Below, piece by piece: positions 37,318-45,119 of a DNA stretch of 56,203 nt. Each line of letters starts with the position of its first letter. The first letter of the stretch is position 1. The position numbers and the translations under genes are program-made. This DNA is from a virus (taxonomy: Duplodnaviria; Heunggongvirae; Uroviricota; Caudoviricetes): IMG/VR virus record IMGVR_UViG_3300034106_001169; one strand, 5' to 3'. The notes below the pieces were generated by a model, which was not told where the DNA came from, did not search any database, and worked only from the letters and a program-made list of their open reading frames with translations.

Positions 37318-37726
37318 ACTATTATTACTAATTATCCTGTTTTCAGGATGCTCTTCTGAAACATTTACAAGATATCAAGTGTATACCCTTGGAGGAGATA
37401 CATTTGATATTGATGTCATTGTCCTGATTACAGAAGATGTAGAGTTTGCCACTAAGTTTGTAAAAGATAACTTAGATTCTACAGTGACAATCCAAGACTT
37501 TGATGCTAGAGCTGTTTCTTTTCCTACAGATGCAGGAAGATCTCCTATTATATGGATGGCTACCACAGATGACCAGGGTGTCATAGCACATGAGATATTC
37601 CACACTACTTTGAACATAATGTATTGGGCAGGTATGGAGCTTAACTCAGAGACAGAAGAAGCATTTGCATATGAGGTGCAACATTTAACCAATTCTTTTT
37701 ACAACCAAATAAATAAAATACAATGA
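37307..37726 (+). CDS. Lipoprotein with HExxH metallopeptidase-like motif
   Basis: Signal peptide with lipobox MIYRLLLLIILFSG-C; IAHEIFHT followed by ETEEAFAYE. Confidence 0.65.
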   Translation: MIYRLLLLIILFSGCSSETFTRYQVYTLGGDTFDIDVIVLITEDVEFATKFVKDNLDSTVTIQDFDARAVSFPTDAGRSPIIWMATTDDQGVIAHEIFHTTLNIMYWAGMELNSETEEAFAYEVQHLTNSFYNQINKIQ

Positions 37727-37986
37727 GTTTATTCTTTTACACAAGAGAAGTAGATGGAAAGATCTACACAGACAGTTTTAACATTAACAAGGTAGTTAGA
37801 TCTATGCAATTAGAAGATAACAAAGTAATCCTTGTATTAGATGACATACATGAGCGTGCTGAGCAAGTACCTGATGTTAAAAATGGTAAAGTGGTTGGTT
37901 CCAAAAGAGAACGTAACACTTTCCAAACAGAAATCACTTTAACTGGTGAAGATATTACAAGATTCCATAACCTAGCAAATAAATAA
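37723..37986 (+). CDS. Hypothetical protein
   Basis: ATGA coupling. Confidence 0.7.
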   Translation: MSLFFYTREVDGKIYTDSFNINKVVRSMQLEDNKVILVLDDIHERAEQVPDVKNGKVVGSKRERNTFQTEITLTGEDITRFHNLANK

Positions 37987-37987
37987 T

Positions 37988-38269
37988 ATGAAATTATTAG
38001 GAAATCGCATCTATTTAGAGATGCCTATTCAAGAAGAAGAAAACAAGATTGTTGTAGATGAGAACACTAAAGAAGCATTACAAAGAGAAATGCTTAAGAA
38101 GTTTTCTAAGCTAAAAGTACACACAGTGGGTGATATTGTAACTACAATAAAAGCAGGAGATGTAGTTTTGGTAGATCCAGGTACATTAACAAAAGCTCCA
38201 TTAGTTAACCTATCAGAGGATGAACAAGTATTACTAGTTTCTCCATTTGATGTTATAATGATCTGGTAA
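37988..38269 (+). CDS. groES: GroES / Cpn10-like co-chaperonin
   Basis: MKLLGNRIYL (cf. PLxDRVxV), VHTVG...IKAGDVVL, LLVSPFDVI; 93 aa. Confidence 0.7.
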   Translation: MKLLGNRIYLEMPIQEEENKIVVDENTKEALQREMLKKFSKLKVHTVGDIVTTIKAGDVVLVDPGTLTKAPLVNLSEDEQVLLVSPFDVIMIW

Positions 38270-38270
38270 T

Positions 38271-39017
38271 ATGAACCATCCATTTATATCATGTAAATGC
38301 ATAACATATGGAAGAGTAGCCACGCTTGAGGAGAGTATTGAATCTTTCCTCAAGCAGGATTACCCTGCAGATAAATGCGAACTTATCATAGTAAATGATT
38401 ATCCCTTACAAACTCTTATATTTGAGCATCCTCAAGTTAAGGTAGTTAACCTAGTTAAGACCTTTGAGACCATAGGAGAAAAGGAAAACTATGCCACAGA
38501 GTTGTGCCAAGGAGACATTATATGTCAATGGGATGATGATGACGTGGCTCTACCAAACCATCTAAAGAACGTAGCTAAATACATGACAGAAGAAGTTAAC
38601 ATACTTCATTGGCAAACAGGTGTGCTGTGTCATGTTACAGGTATTGAGAATGTTGGTTGGATAGGTAACTCTGGTATTGTTTTTAGAAAAGCAGCTTGGA
38701 AAGCTATAGGAGGACATCCTCTTGAAAATGCTGGATATGATATGACTTTTATAGAAACCTTACATAAATATGGAGGTAGACTGTTTGCCAATCCACCTAA
38801 AGAAGAAGCTAGTTGGTTTTATATGTGGGGAGGACGTGGTTATCATATGAGTGGACAAGGTCATGATAAACCTGGTAAACTTAATGCTATTCAAAGACAC
38901 AGTGCTCACATTGAAATGGAAAGAACTATGGGAAGAGTTCCTACAGGAAATGTTCATCTTAATCCTTATTGGGAAAAAAACTACACAGATTTATTAAAGA
39001 AATATTTAAATTTATAA
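38271..39017 (+). CDS. GT2-family glycosyltransferase
   Basis: ISCKCITYGRVATLEESIESFLKQDY, LIIVND, IGEKENY, QWDDDD, GYDMTF. Confidence 0.88.
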   Translation: MNHPFISCKCITYGRVATLEESIESFLKQDYPADKCELIIVNDYPLQTLIFEHPQVKVVNLVKTFETIGEKENYATELCQGDIICQWDDDDVALPNHLKNVAKYMTEEVNILHWQTGVLCHVTGIENVGWIGNSGIVFRKAAWKAIGGHPLENAGYDMTFIETLHKYGGRLFANPPKEEASWFYMWGGRGYHMSGQGHDKPGKLNAIQRHSAHIEMERTMGRVPTGNVHLNPYWEKNYTDLLKKYLNL

Positions 39018-39018
39018 A

Positions 39019-39555
39019 ATGGCACATCCAGAACAGAGAGAATTTATGATGAGCGTAAAGGAAAAGTTTCCTGAGAAGTTTACAAATTGTAGAGTGTTAG
39101 ACGTTGGTTCATTAGATATTAATGGAAACAATAGATATCTATTTACAGATTACAAGTATATTGGTGTAGATATTGGAGCAGGGAAGAATGTAGATGTTAT
39201 ATCTAGAGGACATGAGTTTAAAGATGTTATATTGTTTGATATTGTTATATCAGCTGAATGCTTTGAACATGATGAATTCTGGAAGGACACTATTAAAAAC
39301 TGTATCAATTTAACTAAACCAGGAGGAATATTCTTATTTAGTTGTGCTACAACAGGAAGACCTGAGCATGGTACCAAAAGAAGTAATCCTCAAGACTCTC
39401 CATTTACATCAGAAATTGAGAATGATTATTACATGAATCTTACAGAGCAAGATATTCGTGAAGAGATAGACATGGAAAATCATTTCTCACAGCATGAGTT
39501 TATTGCTAGAGAAATATGGCCTCAAGACTTATATTTTTGGGGATTAAAGAAATAA
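39019..39555 (+). CDS. Class I SAM-dependent methyltransferase
   Basis: RVLDVGS, GVDIGAGKNVDV, FDIVISAECFEHD, LTKPGG. Confidence 0.88.
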   Translation: MAHPEQREFMMSVKEKFPEKFTNCRVLDVGSLDINGNNRYLFTDYKYIGVDIGAGKNVDVISRGHEFKDVILFDIVISAECFEHDEFWKDTIKNCINLTKPGGIFLFSCATTGRPEHGTKRSNPQDSPFTSEIENDYYMNLTEQDIREEIDMENHFSQHEFIAREIWPQDLYFWGLKK

Positions 39556-39588
39556 AAAAAGCCTCCATTTCTGGGGGCTTTTCTTTTA
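39554..39588. terminator. Bidirectional terminator between convergent blocks
   Basis: A7-gcctcca-tttc-tgggggc-ttttctttt between stops at 39555 (+) and 39586 (-). Confidence 0.85.
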
Positions 39589-39798
39589 TTTTGATAACCT
39601 CTTTTGTTTAAGAGGCCACATTTTACTTTGTAATCTTCTAGGATTATCAGCTTCCTTCATATAATTACCATTGATTGGCTTAGGAGGAGCTACCTTAGGA
39701 GCTGGTCTTGGTGTACCAGAGCCTTTAGCTTTTCCAGCAGTCATTGGTTTTACTGATTTTGCTTGTTTGCTGGTTATTTTAGCTGACTTCATTAGCAA
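39586..39798 (-). CDS. Small Lys/Pro-rich basic protein
   Basis: Composition; start probably the second Met. Confidence 0.6.
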   Translation of the reverse strand: MLMKSAKITSKQAKSVKPMTAGKAKGSGTPRPAPKVAPPKPINGNYMKEADNPRRLQSKMWPLKQKRLSK

Positions 39799-40277
39799 CC
39801 ATATTTACATTTGCCCATAGATTTACCCATCTTAGCCTTAGCACCTTTGTTAACAACATTTTTACCAGTGTAGTTTTTACCAATTTGTCTTGTGTAAGAA
39901 CCTAATTGCATAGATACACCACCTTTTGTAGGAGCAGCTAACATACCACCATTTTTATATTTCTTTTTCATACCACCTTTCTTCATAGTAGGTACCATAG
40001 AAGCAGCTTCACCACCATATTGCATTTTCTTACCAGACTTAGCTTTTTTCTTAGCACCTGCAATCTTATCTGCAAATGTAGCTTTAGGATTACTATCCAC
40101 ACCAGCTTTCACTGATAACATACCAAAAGAAGAACCATTTTTAGCTTTCTTTTTCATCATCATGCCACCTTTTTTCATTGGTCGCATTGATTCAACATTA
40201 GCAATAGCTTTCTTTTGAAATCCTTTGTCTTCTAATTTAGTTTGAAGAGCACTATGTTTTTTAATTTTTACGCCCAT
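39792..40277 (-). CDS. Lys/Gly/Met-rich basic protein with repeated KxKxGG motifs
   Basis: MKKGG twice, AKNG, MQYGG, YKNGG, AKMG. Confidence 0.7.
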   Translation of the reverse strand: MGVKIKKHSALQTKLEDKGFQKKAIANVESMRPMKKGGMMMKKKAKNGSSFGMLSVKAGVDSNPKATFADKIAGAKKKAKSGKKMQYGGEAASMVPTMKKGGMKKKYKNGGMLAAPTKGGVSMQLGSYTRQIGKNYTGKNVVNKGAKAKMGKSMGKCKYGC

Positions 40278-40282
40278 TTTAT

Positions 40283-40420
40283 TTAGTTTTTAATAGTTAA
40301 TGTATCAATGTGAACAGAATCAGCTTTAACTGAATCAGCTTTAATCTCTTCTGGTTTAACACCAGATGTTCCACAAGCTGTTAATAATACTACAGCACTA
40401 ATAAGAATTACTTTTTTCAT
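40283..40420 (-). CDS. 45-aa lipoprotein (not in ORF track)
   Basis: MKKVILISAVVLLTA-CGTSGVKPEEIKADSVKADSVHIDTLTIKN; lipobox LTAC. Confidence 0.75.
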   Translation of the reverse strand: MKKVILISAVVLLTACGTSGVKPEEIKADSVKADSVHIDTLTIKN

Positions 40421-40423
40421 TTA

Positions 40424-40933
40424 TTATTTAGTTTTAGATTTAATCTTTCTTTCTTGTTTTAACATAGCAGCTGTAGGTTTCTTTCCAGATCCTCTGTTAG
40501 CTCTGATGTTATCCCATAATCCTCTTTTAGAATAAGAACCATCAGCACGCTTTAACATACCTCCAGATTTTAATCCTAACTTATTCTTAACTGCAGTACC
40601 TGTTTCTTTTATTTTTTTGACGATATTAATATCTTTTTGTTTTGGATTATCTCTTTCTGTAGCTCCTCCAAAAGTAGAAACATATTTACCTACAGCTTTA
40701 ATAGCATCCATTCCAGTTTTCTTTTTAGCAGCAGGAGTAAGAGATTTTTTAATACCATTTTGAGCTTTAGGTTTAACTTTAGCTTTAGGCTTAGCACCTA
40801 ACATCTTAGAATAATTACCAGTTGCGTAGTTAGACTTAGACTTTGGAATCATCTTTCCTGGGAACATTTCACTTTCAACCATTCCTTTAGGAACATTTTT
40901 ACCTGTCTGAGCCTTTTTCATAATTTTTGCCAT
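40424..40933 (-). CDS. Basic protein with KxKxG(G) motifs (start likely MAKIMK at 40933)
   Basis: KKAQTG, KAQNG, LKSGG; C-terminal GLWDNIRANRGSGKKPT. Confidence 0.7.
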   Translation of the reverse strand: MAKIMKKAQTGKNVPKGMVESEMFPGKMIPKSKSNYATGNYSKMLGAKPKAKVKPKAQNGIKKSLTPAAKKKTGMDAIKAVGKYVSTFGGATERDNPKQKDINIVKKIKETGTAVKNKLGLKSGGMLKRADGSYSKRGLWDNIRANRGSGKKPTAAMLKQERKIKSKTK

Positions 40934-40934
40934 A

Positions 40935-41366
40935 TTAACATTTCCATTTACGAAGTGACTTATTAATTCTGCTATTAGGATCATTGGCTGTTTTAGAGCT
41001 TGTAAGCTTCTTCTTCATGCCAGACATCCTTGCACAGAATGATTTCTTTCTAGGGCCTCCTTGAGGTTGTGGAGCTTTAAGACCAGGCTTACCTGGGTTA
41101 GCTCTGTTGTAAGATGCTCTACCTTTAGCGTTGAGACCGCCTGAAGGATTTTTACCTGCTTTGCGTTGCCAAGCTGGTGTACTACCACCATTCTTAAGAG
41201 TAGAACCTTTAAATGGACCCTTCTTTTTAATTAATGGACCATTAGGAACAGGACTAAAGTGACCTTTGATAGATGTAAGAGTGTCTCCATTTCTAAGAAC
41301 ACCTCTACCTACATAGGCTTCAGCTTTCTGTGGGTTGTATACTTTTGTCTTAGGTATCTTTGCCAT
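40935..41366 (-). CDS. Basic protein, DUF6321-like C-terminus
   Basis: LKNGG, GGLNAKGRASYN, RKKSFCARMSGMK...DPNSRINKSLRKWKC. Confidence 0.7.
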   Translation of the reverse strand: MAKIPKTKVYNPQKAEAYVGRGVLRNGDTLTSIKGHFSPVPNGPLIKKKGPFKGSTLKNGGSTPAWQRKAGKNPSGGLNAKGRASYNRANPGKPGLKAPQPQGGPRKKSFCARMSGMKKKLTSSKTANDPNSRINKSLRKWKC

Positions 41367-41776
41367 TATTTGCCTTTTCTAGCTCTGCCCATTGCTTTGA
41401 ATGTCTTTGCTAAAGCTTTACGCTTAGGAGTACATGTAGCTTTGGTCATTGGTGTACAATATCCTTTATGTTTAGGGTTGACAGCTTTTTGAATCCATTT
41501 ACCATCTTTAGCTTTCACCTTAGATGTTTTTCCACCCTTCTTTTGATTAGCAAGGTTTTTTAAATCAATAGGATTAATATCTTTAGCTCTTGTAGAATCA
41601 GCAGAGTTAGCTCTAGCACGTGCATTGTTTAACATTCTTGCTGTGTTCTCATTAGTATTAGTGGCTTGATAATATCTAGGACCTTCTTTAGTGTTAGCTT
41701 TAGTAACTACATTATACTTTCCTGATTTATCTTGCGATACAGATGAGCCATATTGACTTTTCTTAACTTTTGCCAT
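41366..41776 (-). CDS. Basic protein with KxKxG(G) motifs
   Basis: KKSQYG, QKKGG, KAKDGKWIQKAVNPKHKG...KRKALAKTFK. Confidence 0.7.
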   Translation of the reverse strand: MAKVKKSQYGSSVSQDKSGKYNVVTKANTKEGPRYYQATNTNENTARMLNNARARANSADSTRAKDINPIDLKNLANQKKGGKTSKVKAKDGKWIQKAVNPKHKGYCTPMTKATCTPKRKALAKTFKAMGRARKGK

Positions 41777-41781
41777 GATGA

Positions 41782-42129
41782 TTACTTTTTAGATTTCATA
41801 CGAGGAGCCATCTCACCACTACGCTTTTCTATAATTTCAGATTCACGCTTTAAAGCAGCCTTTCTGAAACTTGCTGGATTAATCTCTTTTGAAGCTGCTT
41901 GCTTCTTATTAAGACCAAATTGCATTTCAGAACGTCCACCATTTTTCATCTTGGTAGCACCTAGTTCTTTATCTCTTTTTAAAGTAGCTTTCATTCTAGC
42001 ACCTGCTAAGGTAGCTTCTTGAACTTTAGTCCAAGCACCTTGAGGATCAATAGGTCCTACACGTTTGTCAGAAGCATTTAAGCCTGACATGCTACCCATT
42101 CCATCCTTAGATTTTTTAATCTTTCCCAT
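41782..42129 (-). CDS. Basic protein with KxKxG(G) motifs
   Basis: KKSKDG, KMKNGG. Confidence 0.7.
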   Translation of the reverse strand: MGKIKKSKDGMGSMSGLNASDKRVGPIDPQGAWTKVQEATLAGARMKATLKRDKELGATKMKNGGRSEMQFGLNKKQAASKEINPASFRKAALKRESEIIEKRSGEMAPRMKSKK

Positions 42130-42142
42130 TATTTTTCTTTTA

Positions 42143-42412
42143 TTATTGTTGTGGAATCTCTACAACTTTGCCTGTTTCAACACCATTAGACAATGCTTTC
42201 TCAAGAACATCACCAGCTTCAACTGCTAATATGATAGTTTGAGCTTCTTTTGTACTTGTTATAGCACGTAATGTGTTTAATAACAATCCAAATTCACCAC
42301 CACTGATTGTGAATGTTGTGTCTTGTGCCCAAGTGTATTTCTTTGTTGGGTCAAATTTAGGACCTTGAGAATTTGATTCTTGAGCTCCTTCTAAATTGAT
42401 AATCTCTGCCAT
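42143..42412 (-). CDS. Hypothetical protein (start likely MAEIIN at 42412)
   Basis: A promoter occupies 42436-42467, favouring the downstream ATG. Confidence 0.7.
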   Translation of the reverse strand: MAEIINLEGAQESNSQGPKFDPTKKYTWAQDTTFTISGGEFGLLLNTLRAITSTKEAQTIILAVEAGDVLEKALSNGVETGKVVEIPQQ

Positions 42413-42435
42413 ATAATTATATTTTGGTTTAGTCA

Positions 42436-42467
42436 CAAAGATATGTAATCTTTACTTATCTTCCAAA
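42436..42467 (-). promoter_or_regulatory. Bacteroidota primary-sigma promoter for the basic-protein cluster
   Basis: TTTG (42464-42467)-N20-TATCTTTG (42436-42443), exact consensus. Confidence 0.75.
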
Positions 42468-42742
42468 TTTATTTCGAATGTTATAGTTGCAGAACTTTTA
42501 ATACTTTTAGATAGATTTAGTCTAATCTGAAACAGGTTGTGTAGCTTTAAGATCTCCTGTAACAGCATATCATTATACATAGGTAATGAAGGAGCCAATC
42601 TAAAGTGATACGATAGAGGGTTTTTAGTAATCTCTAACGTAGAAAGTTCATCAACTGAGGCAATTACTCCCTCAAGGTGGGCAAAATAAGCTATTTCATT
42701 ATCTTGCATGACTTGAGGGAAGAATTTTTTATTTACTTGCAT
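42452..42742 (-). CDS. Hypothetical protein
   Basis: TAATG coupling to the upstream gene. Confidence 0.7.
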   Translation of the reverse strand: MQVNKKFFPQVMQDNEIAYFAHLEGVIASVDELSTLEITKNPLSYHFRLAPSLPMYNDMLLQEILKLHNLFQIRLNLSKSIKSSATITFEINLEDK

Positions 42743-43146
42743 TAAGACAAGGTTAATAAGTATTTAGTTTTTGCAGCTTCACCACTTAAGGCATCAGCTA
42801 AATTAACTATATCATGAAATCTATTAGTCTCACCATATGCTTTTAAGTTGCTAGCGAAGTCCATTAGTGCTGTGACAACTGAATTAGCGTCTGCACCACT
42901 CAATGCTTCTATTTTATATACACCAGGACGTTTACCTGTATAACCCATAATCTTCTCAATTACACCATCTTTGAAGTCATGTACATAATCATACAATCCT
43001 CCTAGAGCTTGATGCTCAGCATAACTCTTTGTCTGCCAATGTAATAGATGTAATTGCTCATGAAAATATGTAAGCTTCCCAGCTATTGTTTCCAAGTTTA
43101 ATTCTCCTGATTTCATCATCTCATCAGGGAATAATGATTTTGCCAT
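42742..43146 (-). CDS. Ferritin/Dps-like four-helix protein (DUF5856-like)
   Basis: HEQLHLLHWQTKSYAEHQALGGLYD...DGVIEKIMG...KTKYLLTL. Confidence 0.7.
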   Translation of the reverse strand: MAKSLFPDEMMKSGELNLETIAGKLTYFHEQLHLLHWQTKSYAEHQALGGLYDYVHDFKDGVIEKIMGYTGKRPGVYKIEALSGADANSVVTALMDFASNLKAYGETNRFHDIVNLADALSGEAAKTKYLLTLS

Positions 43147-43167
43147 AGTTTTTAATTGGGATTGTTA

Positions 43168-43656
43168 TTATATACAACCTTCTGAATTGTTACAAGAAAC
43201 AGTTCCACCAGTGATAACAAGTCCATCATCTCCTGTTACAGCTGTAGAAGAACATACAATTGAAATTGTATCTGCTTGAATAGCTGTAGATGTAGGTACT
43301 TCACTACCACAATCTGTATATGTGTAATCAAGTGGTCCTGCTGTTTGATTGTCTACTGTATAACAGAAACATTCAGGTCCTGCAGTAGTTGTTGTTGATG
43401 TAGTGCTTGTTGATGTACTTGTACTTGTTGATGTGCTAGTGCTTGTTGATGTGCTAGTACTAGTAGTTGTTGTAGTCACTGGAGCCTCTGTAGTAGTGGT
43501 TGTAGTGGTTGTAGGATTACAACACTCGTTTGCATCTATCTCTTGCCAGTTACCAACCTTTGGTTTTGATCTTTGTAAGATCAAGCTACCTGCTATGACA
43601 CGTCCTGTACCATCGTAACGTACATATGCTTTTAATCTATTATTGCTATTTGCCAT
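43168..43656 (-). CDS. Thr/Ser-rich mucin-like protein A (conserved N-domain, T/S linker, Cys-rich C-domain)
   Basis: LKAYVRYDGTGR...KPKVGNWQEI..NECC, then about 44 residues almost all T/S, then CFCY...YTYTDC...C...C...C. Confidence 0.8.
   Translation of the reverse strand: MANSNNRLKAYVRYDGTGRVIAGSLILQRSKPKVGNWQEIDANECCNPTTTTTTTTEAPVTTTTTSTSTSTSTSTSTSTSTSTSTTSTTTTAGPECFCYTVDNQTAGPLDYTYTDCGSEVPTSTAIQADTISIVCSSTAVTGDDGLVITGGTVSCNNSEGCI
43383..43512 (-). repeat. Low-complexity ACA/ACT/AGC codon repeat encoding poly-Thr and (TS)n
   Basis: gttgttgttgatgtagtgcttgttgatgtacttgtacttgttgatgtgctagtg... Confidence 0.9.
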
Positions 43657-43668
43657 GTTTATTTAATT

Positions 43669-43935
43669 TTAACGAGGTTCAGTGGTTGTTGTTGTAGTTG
43701 TTTCTGGAGCAGCAGTCGTAGTAGTAGTTGTTGTACTTGTACTTGTGCTAGTGCTTGTACTACTTGTTGTAGTAGTTGTAGAAGGAACGTAATTGCAACA
43801 TTCATAAGCTGGGATCTCTACCCACTTACCCACTTTTGGTTTCTTTCTTCTTAAGATTAGGCTACTTGGAACGATTCTTCCAGTACCATCAAAGCGTACA
43901 TAAGCTTTGAGAGGGCGATTAGTATTCTGGGCCAT
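43669..43935 (-). CDS. Thr/Ser-rich mucin-like protein B, paralog of A
   Basis: LKAYVRFDGTGR...KPKVGKWVEIPAYECC, then STTTTTSSTSTSTSTSTTTTTTTAAPETTTTTTTEPR. Confidence 0.8.
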   Translation of the reverse strand: MAQNTNRPLKAYVRFDGTGRIVPSSLILRRKKPKVGKWVEIPAYECCNYVPSTTTTTSSTSTSTSTSTTTTTTTAAPETTTTTTTEPR

Positions 43936-43937
43936 AA

Positions 43938-44954
43938 TTAATAATTTATATTATATTTGTTTTTTAAATCTATAAGCTGTGTTAGATAGTAATGATTAGC
44001 TTTTTTCTTAGTAGTCTCATCATTAAGCACCTTATCTAAATGTGTATCTTGAAAAGGATCTTTACCAGCGTGATATGCTCCTTTATAGAAAGCAGGATAT
44101 CCCATACTGTTTTGTCCTGTAATCCCTGCATTGTGTAACAATGTTGTTCTCTCTAGCTTCTCTATAGGATCTGAAGACCAACAGAATTCCAATTCAGGAA
44201 TGTTCTTTGTTTCTTGTTCTCTAAGCCAAATGTTCCATAGCACAGCCCACATATCTGCACACCAGCTTTGAAACCCTTTGTCTTCATTTTTGAAGAACTC
44301 TTTATTTATATTCTGAAGGTAGATACGTATTAATATACAGTCATTCATCACCTTCTTCCAAAAATCAGAATCTACATTCTTTAAGAAATACTGAGCTCCT
44401 CCTGAGTGATCATTGTTAGCCTCAGCTATCTCTCTTGTTATACCAATTAAGCTTGTAAGCTCAGCTAATATGTCTCTAGTTTTGTATTCTTCCAGTTTGT
44501 CTGGTAGAACATCTCTTTCTTTACTATCAAAGTATGAAGCATTGATGTAACTATTTGTGTCAGACAAGTAGTTTATTTCATCATCCTTGAATTTCTCAAG
44601 GTCAAATTTATCAGTGAAGATTACATCACAATCACAATAAAATACTGCTTTGGTAATCATCTCAGGATGGTCCTGGAAATATCTCATTAAGCAATATGGA
44701 CGTAGGATAGGAATATAAACTCCTAAATACTTACTTACATCCCCTGAATCCTTGTAGAAAGCAAACTTTGCTTCTGGATACAGTTCCATTATCTTCTCCC
44801 ATTTACCATTGTATTCTCTAAAACTAGGTGTGTACACTAAAACAATTGCTTTGTCTGAGTGTCCAAGCTTCTTCAAGCTTTCCAACCATAGATGTACCTG
44901 CCATGTGTAATATACATCATCTGGTTGTGCACAGATAAATTTAAGATCCTTCAT
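43938..44954 (-). CDS. GT-A fold glycosyltransferase resembling plant protein O-glycosyltransferases (HPAT/GT95, SGT1/GT96)
   Basis: DDVYYTWQV, YIPILRPYCLMRYF, FYCDCDVIF (DxD), GFQSWCADMWAV, LLHNAG match, in order, the conserved blocks I recall for HPAT (DSVYSTWQC, YVVLNRPWAFVQW, AEPDHI, FGWVLEMYAY, IIHYT). Comparison is from memory, not a search. Confidence 0.6.
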   Translation of the reverse strand: MKDLKFICAQPDDVYYTWQVHLWLESLKKLGHSDKAIVLVYTPSFREYNGKWEKIMELYPEAKFAFYKDSGDVSKYLGVYIPILRPYCLMRYFQDHPEMITKAVFYCDCDVIFTDKFDLEKFKDDEINYLSDTNSYINASYFDSKERDVLPDKLEEYKTRDILAELTSLIGITREIAEANNDHSGGAQYFLKNVDSDFWKKVMNDCILIRIYLQNINKEFFKNEDKGFQSWCADMWAVLWNIWLREQETKNIPELEFCWSSDPIEKLERTTLLHNAGITGQNSMGYPAFYKGAYHAGKDPFQDTHLDKVLNDETTKKKANHYYLTQLIDLKNKYNINY

Positions 44955-44980
44955 ATATGTAGTTTGTTGGTTTCTCTTTA

Positions 44981-45118
44981 TTAAGGAGCAGGTGTGGTAG
45001 TTGTTGTTGTAGTCCCACCTTTATATAATATACCTGTAAGCTGTTCCAATTGCTTAGATATCTGCCAAAGCAAATTACTCTTTGTACTCCAGCCTATTTG
45101 TCTTGATGGTATTGCCAT
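44981..45118 (-). CDS. 45-aa protein with poly-Thr tail, paralog of the N-terminus of 45120-45983 (not in ORF track)
   Basis: [45 protein letters not shown]. Confidence 0.8.
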   Translation of the reverse strand: MAIPSRQIGWSTKSNLLWQISKQLEQLTGILYKGGTTTTTTTPAP

Positions 45119-45119
45119 T

